Positions 36,945 to 45,780 of a stretch of DNA of 64,000 nucleotides are shown here, one piece after another. The stretch comes from a virus. Position 1 is the first letter of the stretch; each line of letters starts with the position of its first letter. The stretch lies in IMG/VR virus record IMGVR_UViG_3300020185_000025, positions 24,998 to 88,997 of that record; one strand, 5' to 3'. Position numbers and translations under genes: made by a program. The notes below the pieces were generated by a model that was not told the DNA's origin, made no database searches, and saw only the letters and a program-made list of their open reading frames with translations.

Positions 36945-37367
36945 GTGGATACAATAACCAAAAAAGCTATCGATGCAAGAACTCGAGAGTTTAAAGAAAA
37001 ATTAGCGAAACTAACATATGAAAAAATTAAGCAAGTCTTGGTACCTTCTCCTACTCCTCTTAAAGGCTATCCTGCCAACGAAGAAGTGACAATTAGTGTG
37101 GACGAATCTGTATTGTCTGAAGCGTTGAGACTTAAAAGTCCAAGCAAAACAACTACAGTTGATATTGACTATATTGGAAGTTCATCTGATATTAACCAAT
37201 CGCAAAGAGAATACAATATTAAAATCAAAAAGACAGGTCGTCAAATGGCTGACATTACTGGTAAGAAAGGCGACATTGTTAAGTTCTTACAAGGCGATGC
37301 ATATGCAATGGACGACGAAGATATCAAAGATATCTTTCCAGAACTACTCGAATTACACTCGAAGTAG
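36945..37367 (+). CDS. hypothetical protein in internal-protein cluster
   Basis: GGAGG RBS, GTG start; VDE/LSE linker. Confidence 0.65.
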   Translation: MDTITKKAIDARTREFKEKLAKLTYEKIKQVLVPSPTPLKGYPANEEVTISVDESVLSEALRLKSPSKTTTVDIDYIGSSSDINQSQREYNIKIKKTGRQMADITGKKGDIVKFLQGDAYAMDDEDIKDIFPELLELHSK

Positions 37368-37396
37368 TTGACATTCAGCCACAAAGTTGATATAAT
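37368..37396 (+). promoter_or_regulatory. sigma70-type promoter, leaderless start of rimK-like gene
   Basis: TTGACA-N17-TATAAT; ATG 5 nt after -10. Confidence 0.8.
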
Positions 37397-37401
37397 AAAT
37401 T

Positions 37402-38853
37402 ATGAAATCCATATCTGAATACAGAAATCACCAGTTACTAGAGGAAGAGACGGAAGTTCTTTCTTATGATGAACTGCACATTGTTGTATTAGGTACAGGA
37501 GATGGTGACGGCACCTTTGCTGATATTGTTGAAGAAGTGTCAACTAAAAGAAATATCAAGTACGATTTTGTTGATGTATCTAAGGCATGGATTGCTGGTT
37601 CTGATATTGAGATTGGAAGTGTAAAGCTTCGTAATGTTGATGGTAAGGATAAAGATATTGAAATTGAGACTTATAACTCAATTGTATTTGTAAGAGCAGG
37701 AGCAATTGGTACGCTTACTTCACAGGCGTTTGTTTCTTCCTTACAGGATATTGGTTTCTTACTTGTAAACGATTTAGAGTCAATGTTAGTTTGCGATAAC
37801 AAAATGTCCAACGCATTATTGTTAGGTCGTAATAATATACCGATTCCAAGAACCTCATCTATTCCAAACGAACATTCTATTGAAGACGCTCATAAACGAG
37901 TTGGTGGAAAGTTCCCAGTTATTGCTAAAACATTGAAAGGTACACAAGGTGTTGGTGTAATGAAGGTTGACAGTATGTCATCTCTAACAGGTGTATGTCA
38001 ATCATTATGGAAATATGAAGCTGATTTGCTAATTCAAGAATTCTTTGAAATGCAATCAGACATTCGTACTTTAGTTGTAGGTGGTAAAATACTTGCTGCA
38101 GCTGAAAGAATACAGGCACCAGATAATAAAGACTTTAGAAACAATGTACACCAAGGCGCAACAACCGAACCTTATAAATTAAATAAGAAAGAGATAGCAG
38201 TAATTAAAGCTGCAGCGCGAGCAACAGGAGCTGTATATTGTGGAGTAGATCATTTTGTTGATAAGAAAGGCAATCCTTATATTATCGAAGTAAATGGTTC
38301 TCCAGGTATTCGTTCTCATTTTGAAGGATATGATCCTTGGACTGAAGAACCTAAAGGTAAAGTTTCTGATAAAAATGTAGTAGAGAGTATTATATCATTC
38401 TTTACTAAGGATGTCAATAGAAGACCAATCTTTAGACAAGAAGCTGGATATATTGAAACAATTATATTTAAAGGTATGGAAAAGAATCCTGTCCGTGCAA
38501 AGTTTGATTCAGGTAATAGTGCAAAAGCAAGTATGTTACATGTTGATAAAATGGAAGTAAAAGGCAAGAAGGTATTTTGGGAAAAGAACGGATATAAGTT
38601 TGAAGATGAGTTATTGTATGTCTCAAAACCAATGCGTGGCCAAAAGCCATTTGATGAAAGACCTGTAATCGAACATGAAATAACTTTTAATAATAAAAAA
38701 CATATTGCTGAGATTGCTTTATCATTAAAAGATACAGCATCAGAGATGTTAGTGAATCGTAAACTAATGACAAAGTTTAAGATTGCTGTAAATCCTAATA
38801 GACGGTTTATATTATCAAATAAAACGGCAAAGAACGACGAATCGGATCACTAA
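37402..38853 (+). CDS. rimK: RimK-like ATP-grasp ligase fused to RimK-associated aspartic-protease-like domain
   Basis: CDNK, FPVIAK..GTQGVGV, LIQEF..DIR, DFRNN.HQG, GVD, IEVNGSPG; C-terminal AKFDSG..RP..MLVNR. Confidence 0.85.
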   Translation: MKSISEYRNHQLLEEETEVLSYDELHIVVLGTGDGDGTFADIVEEVSTKRNIKYDFVDVSKAWIAGSDIEIGSVKLRNVDGKDKDIEIETYNSIVFVRAGAIGTLTSQAFVSSLQDIGFLLVNDLESMLVCDNKMSNALLLGRNNIPIPRTSSIPNEHSIEDAHKRVGGKFPVIAKTLKGTQGVGVMKVDSMSSLTGVCQSLWKYEADLLIQEFFEMQSDIRTLVVGGKILAAAERIQAPDNKDFRNNVHQGATTEPYKLNKKEIAVIKAAARATGAVYCGVDHFVDKKGNPYIIEVNGSPGIRSHFEGYDPWTEEPKGKVSDKNVVESIISFFTKDVNRRPIFRQEAGYIETIIFKGMEKNPVRAKFDSGNSAKASMLHVDKMEVKGKKVFWEKNGYKFEDELLYVSKPMRGQKPFDERPVIEHEITFNNKKHIAEIALSLKDTASEMLVNRKLMTKFKIAVNPNRRFILSNKTAKNDESDH

Positions 38854-39230
38854 TGAAAAAATTTACAGATTGGAAATACGAAGGTTTTGGATTATATGAA
38901 GGAGTCACAGTTCCTTTAGAAACACCAATGATTGAATTGGATGTATCAGAAGAACCAGAACTAAATTCACCAAAACGCTCAGGCGGAGATAAAAAGTATG
39001 TTGTCTATGTTAGAAACCCTGACACAGGTAATATCAAAAAGATTGAGTTCGGCGATGAAAAAGGCGGTCTCACTGCTAAAATCAATGATAGAGACGCGGC
39101 TCGAAACTTCGCAAGTCGACACAATTGCGATACTAAAACAGATAAACTCTCGGCAGGATACTGGGCTTGCAGATTACCTAAATATGCAAAAGAACTTGGC
39201 CTCAAGGGAGGTGGTAGTTATTTCTGGTAA
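38853..39230 (+). CDS. hypothetical protein with capsid-targeting-like N-terminus
   Basis: MKKFTDWKYE; KK..VYV.NP..FG..F.SRH.C..AGYWAC. Confidence 0.75.
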   Translation: MKKFTDWKYEGFGLYEGVTVPLETPMIELDVSEEPELNSPKRSGGDKKYVVYVRNPDTGNIKKIEFGDEKGGLTAKINDRDAARNFASRHNCDTKTDKLSAGYWACRLPKYAKELGLKGGGSYFW

Positions 39231-39480
39231 ACCATATACGGACCTAAATGATATTCGTATATTTGATGTTAATGAAGATGAATCGAAGTTTGTCTGGCAT
39301 AGAGATAAAGAAGATAGAAAGATTGAGGTATTAAGAGGCGATGGTTGGCAATTTCAACCTGAAGGATGTTTACCTTTTCTATTAAAGCCAGGTGATCACT
39401 TTTACGTTGAAGAGAACGAATACCATAGATTGATTAAAGGTATTAACAATTTGGAAATCAGAGTAACTAAATTGTTATAA
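39211..39480 (+). CDS. cupin-like small protein
   Basis: VWHRD..DR, YHRLIKG; start uncertain (GTG near 39211). Confidence 0.65.
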   Translation: MVVISGKPYTDLNDIRIFDVNEDESKFVWHRDKEDRKIEVLRGDGWQFQPEGCLPFLLKPGDHFYVEENEYHRLIKGINNLEIRVTKLL

Positions 39481-39483
39481 ATA
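39476..39483 (+). promoter_or_regulatory. T4-type late promoter
   Basis: TATAAATA. Confidence 0.65.
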
Positions 39484-39516
39484 AACATAGAACAAACAAA
39501 CTCCCAGGAGAAAGAA

Positions 39517-39798
39517 ATGAGTTGGAAAGAAATTATCGAGAGCAAAATCGAAGAAAAGATTATGGCTCGTTTACAAAAAGAAGAGGATTCTGATTATCAA
39601 GAATTCTTTCAAAAGGCATTAAAAAAGTTTGGAGTCGAAAGTCCAGCAGACTTTGAAAGCGATGAGAAGAAAAAAGAATTCTTTGATTACGTTGATAAGA
39701 ACTGGAAAGGAGACAACGAAAAGGCAGAGGATACAGAAGCATCTGATACTCTCGAGCCAAAGAAAAAGAAGTTAGCTGCCAGCAATTGCGGTAGTTAA
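39517..39798 (+). CDS. charged hypothetical protein
   Basis: AGGAG RBS; YQEFF..ALKKFGV.SPA..KKKEFFDYVD. Confidence 0.75.
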   Translation: MSWKEIIESKIEEKIMARLQKEEDSDYQEFFQKALKKFGVESPADFESDEKKKEFFDYVDKNWKGDNEKAEDTEASDTLEPKKKKLAASNCGS

Positions 39799-39825
39799 TT
39801 TTAAATTATATAATAGGAGTAGATT

Positions 39826-40065
39826 ATGTTTTTGATTGATTGGATTAAAAGCTTGTTCTCTTCGAATGATGTACCTGCTAAGGTAGACCCAGTAAAAGAG
39901 CCAAAGAAGGCTGCTGTTGCTGCAGGTCCTAAAGTCACTAAAGCTGCGTTAGGTAAACTAACAAAAGCTGGACTTGAGGCCGAAGGTCGTAAAGCTGGTA
40001 TTGAACTCGATAAGAGAAAGAAAAAAGCTGAATTAGTTAATGAACTTTATAAAGTTTTAAAATAA
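39826..40065 (+). CDS. basic protein with HEH/Rho-N-like C-terminus
   Basis: L.KLTK..LE..GR..GIELDKRKKK..LV. Confidence 0.7.
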   Translation: MFLIDWIKSLFSSNDVPAKVDPVKEPKKAAVAAGPKVTKAALGKLTKAGLEAEGRKAGIELDKRKKKAELVNELYKVLK

Positions 40066-40086
40066 AAATAAATTAGGAGAATAACA

Positions 40087-40383
40087 ATGGCACTATGGGG
40101 AAAAACAGACGCGGCAGCTAGCGTACCAAAGTGGCTCGAAGACGACGCAAACAATACCAATAAGTCCAATGATAAAGACAACGCAGTATTCGTTGACTTG
40201 ACAGAGGCAGGTGTTGCTGCTAACAGAGCAAAAGGTCTCACAGGTCCTGGTTGGTGGTTATACCATACAGCAAACGGCCGTCATTTCGCAGAATGCTTGG
40301 TACCTATGAAGGTATCTGCAGTTGATGCTGGTGACTTAGGTGTGACAGGCGGTGGTGACGATGCAGTCGTGGCGGATGCTTAA
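40087..40383 (+). CDS. hypothetical (possible virion) protein
   Basis: AGGAG RBS; MALWGKTD..FVD.TEA..GL..PGWW.Y. Confidence 0.75.
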   Translation: MALWGKTDAAASVPKWLEDDANNTNKSNDKDNAVFVDLTEAGVAANRAKGLTGPGWWLYHTANGRHFAECLVPMKVSAVDAGDLGVTGGGDDAVVADA

Positions 40384-40409
40384 ACTTAAATAGTTAGCCT
40401 TTAATTGTT

Positions 40410-40784
40410 ATGAATTTGACAGAATCAACCTTTCTGCTATATGCGATGAAACACTATGACAATCCTCAGTGTACTGAATTGTCAGAGTTCGAAGAAGACA
40501 TTAAGAGGTTTCAATACCTCAGGAAACTTCTATCTCGTTATAGACAAGATAATGATTTAAAAGAAAGGTTGATACTGAACCATCTCATTGTAATATTCAA
40601 TGTGTTTGGACAAGCGGCAACAAATATGTTATTCATGAGACTTCATGAGTATCACGAATATTTAAAACCATTCGTACAGTATTTGAATTATATGCCAGAA
40701 GTATTAGTATATGATGAAATTGGAATAAACTCGGAATCAATTAATGGTGATGAGTTTATTGAGGCAAGACTTAGGGAAATTTAA
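40410..40784 (+). CDS. T4-like phage hypothetical protein
   Basis: YAMKHYDNPQC..EF.ED..RF.YL..L..RLILNH. Confidence 0.8.
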   Translation: MNLTESTFLLYAMKHYDNPQCTELSEFEEDIKRFQYLRKLLSRYRQDNDLKERLILNHLIVIFNVFGQAATNMLFMRLHEYHEYLKPFVQYLNYMPEVLVYDEIGINSESINGDEFIEARLREI

Positions 40785-41546
40785 ATGGTAGTAGATTTAT
40801 TCTTAGTGTACTCATTTATCAAAAGGTTGGTGACACCCTTTAATAAGTGGGAAGCATATAAAGAAGGAATTATTGATGATAAGGGTAATATCCTAATCAA
40901 ACGTAAGGACTTTACAAAGAATGCTCAAAAATCAGCGTTTGGTAATTTTGACCAAATGATTTTGAACTTAAAGAAACTACTCGGTAAACTTCCTGGTGGT
41001 CAAACTAAACTTGCGTCTTATGCATCGGCCTTATGGTTGATACGTGAACAGCAAAGAGTTGAAGCTACTAATTATTTAACAGAAGAATCTGTTGAAGAAG
41101 ATATTGATAACGCACTTGCTCGATTCATGGATGAAAACGGTTCTTTAATATCCGAAGCAGCAAAACGCGAAATTGATGAAGAACCTGCGAATAACGTTGG
41201 TGGTGGAAACATTGCCGGTTTAGGAGTAGGTCCTGATGGAGAACCTGGTGTTTCTAAAAAGAATCAAAAGAAACACAAGAAACGTATTCGAGATATTATG
41301 GGTACGGTTAATGTTAAAGAGGATGCTGTTGCTCAGGCCAATCTTAAAGCAAGACAAGCATCTGAACTTGATCTATTGAAAGATAGACAAGAAAAAGATA
41401 AAGAAAGAATTAAATTAAAACACGCTGCTGAAGTTGAGAGACAAAAAGTTCAAGACGAAGTAGAAAAAGAGCGTGAAAAGCGTAAACAGGAACGCGATAA
41501 AGAACGCGCTGCAGCTAAACAAAAAATGCAATCAGCCGCAGGTTAA
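40785..41546 (+). CDS. T4-like phage hypothetical protein with Glu-linked C-terminal modules
   Basis: F.KRLVTPF..W.AY..GIID..G; LTE, ISE, IDE, VKE linkers. Confidence 0.8.
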   Translation: MVVDLFLVYSFIKRLVTPFNKWEAYKEGIIDDKGNILIKRKDFTKNAQKSAFGNFDQMILNLKKLLGKLPGGQTKLASYASALWLIREQQRVEATNYLTEESVEEDIDNALARFMDENGSLISEAAKREIDEEPANNVGGGNIAGLGVGPDGEPGVSKKNQKKHKKRIRDIMGTVNVKEDAVAQANLKARQASELDLLKDRQEKDKERIKLKHAAEVERQKVQDEVEKEREKRKQERDKERAAAKQKMQSAAG

Positions 41547-41561
41547 CAAAGGAAAATAGAA

Positions 41562-42056
41562 ATGAAATCATTTAATAAATGGGAACAAGAACAATTAGAC
41601 GAAGGCAAAGTTACCATTGCTAAACTAAGAGTCGGAACAACTGTAACACCTATGTGGAAAGGCCGTAGTGCAAAGAACTATGGTATTTCAGGAATGCCCG
41701 TTTATGATGGCAAAGTAAAAGTTCTCGGTATGGGAATTGTTCCTTTCGGTAAGAAAGCAGAAAAGAGACATATAATCGGTAAGGATTATAAAGACGTTCA
41801 GTCCAAGTACAAAGAAATTTGGAATACAGAAGAAATCCGTTATGGACGTTTTTGGAATGCTCAACACCGCATGAAAACTTTTTTCAATACAATCGCAGCG
41901 GAAGACAAGAAACTCAAACCAGGATTCGTATGTTGGATTTGGGAAGTAGTAGATGGACCTGATAAAGGTAAAATCCATTATTGCTTTATTGATTCTGATG
42001 ATAGGTGGGCAATTGCTTTCTTAAACAAATCCGCAGAATTTGAAATGATTAGTTAA
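41562..42056 (+). CDS. putative internal head protein
   Basis: Starts MKSFNKWEQEQLDE. Confidence 0.7.
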   Translation: MKSFNKWEQEQLDEGKVTIAKLRVGTTVTPMWKGRSAKNYGISGMPVYDGKVKVLGMGIVPFGKKAEKRHIIGKDYKDVQSKYKEIWNTEEIRYGRFWNAQHRMKTFFNTIAAEDKKLKPGFVCWIWEVVDGPDKGKIHYCFIDSDDRWAIAFLNKSAEFEMIS

Positions 42057-42061
42057 TAACT

Positions 42062-42409
42062 ATGCCTGATTATGATAAAGTATTAGAGTTAATTGAAGTA
42101 TTAAAACTTGATAGTGATAATACAATTAAAAAAGTAACTCTCAATGTTAAAACTTTTGATACAACTACACCAAGTGTATTTGCACAACAGCCTATGGTTG
42201 CGGTGTTAACTTCAGAAGACTATGCAAACTCTGAAATAGTAAAAGTTTCTACAACAAATACAGCAGTTGACATTGCGTTATGGGGATATGAATATGCAGG
42301 CGGTGATACTTACTATGAGAGCACTATTAAAGATAATGCAGAAAGAACAGTAGTAGACCTTTTACAATTTCAAGGTACATCTACAGTTGATATAACAGCA
42401 TTACCATAA
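42062..42409 (+). CDS. hypothetical protein
   Basis: 115-aa ORF. Confidence 0.65.
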   Translation: MPDYDKVLELIEVLKLDSDNTIKKVTLNVKTFDTTTPSVFAQQPMVAVLTSEDYANSEIVKVSTTNTAVDIALWGYEYAGGDTYYESTIKDNAERTVVDLLQFQGTSTVDITALP

Positions 42410-42421
42410 AGAGGAATAAAA

Positions 42422-42895
42422 ATGGGATTATTTGGAAAAGATACAACATTAGATCGTGAAGCGGTCTTTGAACAATTAACAATAGATGAAGGAGTGGTTA
42501 ATGAAGTTTATCATGACCATCTTGGTTATCCTACTTTTGGGATCGGCCATCTTATCCTTGATTCTGATGAAGAGAGTGGACAACCTGTCGGAACGCCTGT
42601 ATCGGAAGAAAGAGTAAGAGAATGTTTTGAGAAGGACCTTGATACAGCAATATCAGAATGTGAATTAATGTATGAAGAAGGTGTCTTTGGATCATTCCCT
42701 GACGAAGTACAACAGATCTTAGTTAACATGATGTTTAACATGGGTCGAACAAGATTAAGCAAATTTAAGAAGATGCACGCAGCAATTCTTAAAGAAGATT
42801 GGAAAGAAGCAGCAATTGAGGGTAGAGATTCTCAATGGCACAAACAAGTTACTAACCGAGCCGAGAGATTAATGGTTCGTTTAGAAAATGTATAA
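42422..42895 (+). CDS. GH24 T4-type lysozyme
   Basis: L.IDEG..Y.DHLGYPTFGIGH, NM.FNMG, DS.W..Q...RA.RL. Confidence 0.9.
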   Translation: MGLFGKDTTLDREAVFEQLTIDEGVVNEVYHDHLGYPTFGIGHLILDSDEESGQPVGTPVSEERVRECFEKDLDTAISECELMYEEGVFGSFPDEVQQILVNMMFNMGRTRLSKFKKMHAAILKEDWKEAAIEGRDSQWHKQVTNRAERLMVRLENV

Positions 42896-42898
42896 ATA
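42891..42898 (+). promoter_or_regulatory. T4-type late promoter
   Basis: TATAAATA. Confidence 0.65.
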
Positions 42899-42929
42899 AA
42901 TTTACTAACTATAATATGGAGAAAACATC

Positions 42930-43184
42930 ATGCCAGTAAATGACATTATTCAACAAGCGTTGGACAATAACCCACTTAACCTGAAGAAGGCTTTTGATGA
43001 CGAAATGACATCAAGAGTAAGAACTGCGTTAAATCAAAAATACCAAGACATGACAGATGAAAACCCAGCAGTTGCTGAGGTAGAAACAATGGCAGGTCTA
43101 GGAGCCGAACCTGAAGCCGCAGGTATCGAAGGTGTTGAAGCACCAGAGATTGACGTTCATTCAGGACAAGAAGTAGAAGACTAA
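42930..43184 (+). CDS. acidic protein, possibly gp67-like prohead core
   Basis: II..AL..N....K.AF...M..RV..AL helix plus acidic tail; weak resemblance only. Confidence 0.5.
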   Translation: MPVNDIIQQALDNNPLNLKKAFDDEMTSRVRTALNQKYQDMTDENPAVAEVETMAGLGAEPEAAGIEGVEAPEIDVHSGQEVED

Positions 43185-43568
43185 ATGTTTAACCAATTAT
43201 TCATAGGAATTATATTGGTTCTTGGTTTAGGCGGATACTGGTTATATAACGAAAACGTTACTCTCAAACAAAACAATGCACTTTTAGAAGGAGCGGTAGC
43301 AGAACAAAAAGCTGCTATCGCTTCTATCACAGAGTCGTTTGAGAAACAAACAAAATCCTTAAGTAACCTACAACGTAACTACAATCAAATAGAGCAAGAG
43401 AAAGATCAGTACCTTGCTATATTTGCTCGGCATAATTTAGACAAGCTTGCCATCGCAAAACCTGGTTTAATAGAAAACAGATTTAATAACGCGACCGCAG
43501 ACGTATTTGGAGATATAGAGAATGACAGCAAAGCTATTAGCGAGCTTGATGCTCCTGACGTTCCTTAG
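43185..43568 (+). CDS. putative i-spanin (Rz-like)
   Basis: N-terminal TM plus long coiled coil; overlaps lipoprotein gene. Confidence 0.65.
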   Translation: MFNQLFIGIILVLGLGGYWLYNENVTLKQNNALLEGAVAEQKAAIASITESFEKQTKSLSNLQRNYNQIEQEKDQYLAIFARHNLDKLAIAKPGLIENRFNNATADVFGDIENDSKAISELDAPDVP

Positions 43569-44088
43569 CGGTTGTAGTACCTTACAGAATGTCTTTGGTA
43601 CTAAACAAGTTGAGATCGTTACTAAACCAGTAAAAATAGAAATCATACAACCTACACTTCCTCGTCCTATCGACTTAGTGAATCCTAAATGGTATGTTGT
43701 ATCAGAAGCAGTCATAACTAATCCATGTCAGAAAACATTATCGTTCGAGCCTAAGAAGTTTAATGAAGAAGGTGTAGAACAACTCAAACGACCAAAGACT
43801 TGTGATCTTACAGGTCGCGACAACCCTGACTGGCCTGTTGGTTATACTTATCTTGATAAATTTATAGACGACATGAAAAAGTTAAACAACGGTGAAATCG
43901 TGTTCGTTGCGATGACCGTTGGTGACTATAAGAACATGTCAGCAAACACGCAAGAACTCAGAAGGTACATCAGAGAACTTGGAGAAGTAATCGTTTATTA
44001 TCGCAATGTGACAATTGACGACGAGCCCGCCGCTGGTATTGCTGTATCCAAAAAAGATACAACTGTATCCAAAAAAGATACAAATTAA
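43522..44088 (+). CDS. putative o-spanin lipoprotein (Rz1-like)
   Basis: Lipobox LSGC; Pro-rich PTLPRP. Confidence 0.65.
   Translation: MTAKLLASLMLLTFLSGCSTLQNVFGTKQVEIVTKPVKIEIIQPTLPRPIDLVNPKWYVVSEAVITNPCQKTLSFEPKKFNEEGVEQLKRPKTCDLTGRDNPDWPVGYTYLDKFIDDMKKLNNGEIVFVAMTVGDYKNMSANTQELRRYIRELGEVIVYYRNVTIDDEPAAGIAVSKKDTTVSKKDTN
44042..44083 (+). repeat. 21-bp tandem direct repeat x2
   Basis: CTGTATCCAAAAAAGATACAA twice, in frame at the lipoprotein C-terminus. Confidence 0.9.
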
Positions 44089-44121
44089 TCTTAATACATT
44101 CCCATTTAAAGAAGTCAGGAT

Positions 44122-44162
44122 TATAAATATCCATTGACAGATAATGTATTCTGTGATATAAT
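44122..44162 (+). promoter_or_regulatory. tandem late (TATAAATA) and sigma70 promoters
   Basis: TATAAATA 44122-29; TTGACA 44134 -N17- TATAAT. Confidence 0.75.
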
Positions 44163-44184
44163 AACAAAATAACGGAAACCAAAT

Positions 44185-44688
44185 ATGAGCGATATAGATC
44201 AACATATTTCTGGTGTAAAAACTGATGTTGCCCTCATTAAGAAAGACATCAAGCAAATCGAGAAGTTTTTCTCTAAGTACGAATACATTATTGAAAAGTC
44301 AGCTGAAAGAGACAAGCGCATAGCGGTTCAACACGAGATCTTAAACGGCGTTGCCGATAAAATAGAAAACCTCGATATAAAAATCGAGTCGGTGAAGTTT
44401 GAGACTGCGAAAGACTTAGCAGTAGTACATGATAGATTAGAAGTATACAGAGCTTCCTCAAGAGAGGATCATCAACGGCTGTCAGACAACAGTGCTGCAG
44501 ATCGAAAAGGTCGGAATCAAGAGATTATGGAAGCTTTAGCAAAACTGAATGGTAACCTTGATAAACGCATTTCAGAAATTGAATTGAAAACGAATAGTCT
44601 TTTACAGTGGAAGTGGTACGTAATGGGAATGGGAGCCTTCCTTATCTTTATCGTATCCCAGGTTGATATTCCTTCATTAATTGGTTGA
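44185..44688 (+). CDS. coiled-coil protein with C-terminal TM
   Basis: Heptad pattern; WKWYVMGMGAFLIFIV. Confidence 0.75.
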   Translation: MSDIDQHISGVKTDVALIKKDIKQIEKFFSKYEYIIEKSAERDKRIAVQHEILNGVADKIENLDIKIESVKFETAKDLAVVHDRLEVYRASSREDHQRLSDNSAADRKGRNQEIMEALAKLNGNLDKRISEIELKTNSLLQWKWYVMGMGAFLIFIVSQVDIPSLIG

Positions 44689-44713
44689 CAAGCTGCTAAT
44701 AATTTGTTATAAT
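44685..44713 (+). promoter_or_regulatory. sigma70-type promoter for primase-thyX-nrd-hemA
   Basis: TTGACA-N17-TATAAT. Confidence 0.85.
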
Positions 44714-44748
44714 ATACACCAATAACAAATTTTTGAGATTTTTACATT

Positions 44749-45774
44749 ATGCTAGACTTTGTTGATATTCAGTATGCCCAGCATTTATCTGGTCGTCTTG
44801 ACCGATATCGTATCAAACATACAAACCCATATAAGATCAACTTTCGTTGTCCGATATGCGGCGATTCAAAAAAGAACAGATCTAAAGCTCGTGGATGGCT
44901 TCTTGAAAAAGAAAACAAGTTATTTTACTTCTGTCATAATTGCGGTGCAAGTCATAATTTTGGTAACTTCCTTAAGGTTGTTGACCCATTAGCATATAAC
45001 GATTATGTGGCAGAAAAGTACATAGGTAGAGCGAATAATACGATCTCTACAGAAACATCAACTCTAGAGTCAACTAAATTTGACCAACCAAAATTCTCTC
45101 ATACGGATCCATTAAAAAAGTTAAAAAAAATCAGTCAACTCGATTATAACCACCCAGTAAAGAAATATATAGATAAAAGGTCTATTCCTTCTAAGCACCA
45201 TTATCGACTTTACTTTGCTCCTAAGTTTAAAGAATGGATAAATGGAATAGTACCAAACAAGTTTGATAATGTTACTAAAGACGAATCAAGACTTGTAATA
45301 CCGTTCTTAGATAAAGACGGCAAATGTTTCGGAGTGTCGGCAAGGTCAATGGATCCTGATGCATTCCTTCGTTATATTACTATTATGTTTGAAGAAGTAC
45401 CGAAGTTATACGGACTTGACAAAGTAAACTTTAACGAAAAGTATTATGTTGTTGAAGGCGCTATTGATAGTATGTTTCTATCAAACGCAATCGCAATGAA
45501 TGGAGCTGATGGGAATACCAATTCGCTTGAAAAGGTGGATAATGCAGTCTTCGTCTTTGATGCTGAACCTCGTAATTTAGAGATTCACAAAAGGATGGAA
45601 CGTGTAATTGATGCAGGTCACAGTATTGTGATATGGCCACATAATGTACCTGGCAAAGATATCAATGAAATGGTTCTTGATGGAAGTATATCTTGCGTTG
45701 AGAGTTTAATGAGAACAATAACATATAAAGGTTTGGAAGCAAAATTGAAATTTCAACAATGGAAAAGGACATAG
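44749..45774 (+). CDS. gp61 DNA primase
   Basis: NFRCPICGDS, CHNCG, RLVIPF, VVEG.IDS, FD.EPR, KDINEM. Confidence 0.95.
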   Translation: MLDFVDIQYAQHLSGRLDRYRIKHTNPYKINFRCPICGDSKKNRSKARGWLLEKENKLFYFCHNCGASHNFGNFLKVVDPLAYNDYVAEKYIGRANNTISTETSTLESTKFDQPKFSHTDPLKKLKKISQLDYNHPVKKYIDKRSIPSKHHYRLYFAPKFKEWINGIVPNKFDNVTKDESRLVIPFLDKDGKCFGVSARSMDPDAFLRYITIMFEEVPKLYGLDKVNFNEKYYVVEGAIDSMFLSNAIAMNGADGNTNSLEKVDNAVFVFDAEPRNLEIHKRMERVIDAGHSIVIWPHNVPGKDINEMVLDGSISCVESLMRTITYKGLEAKLKFQQWKRT

Positions 45775-45780
45775 TATATA

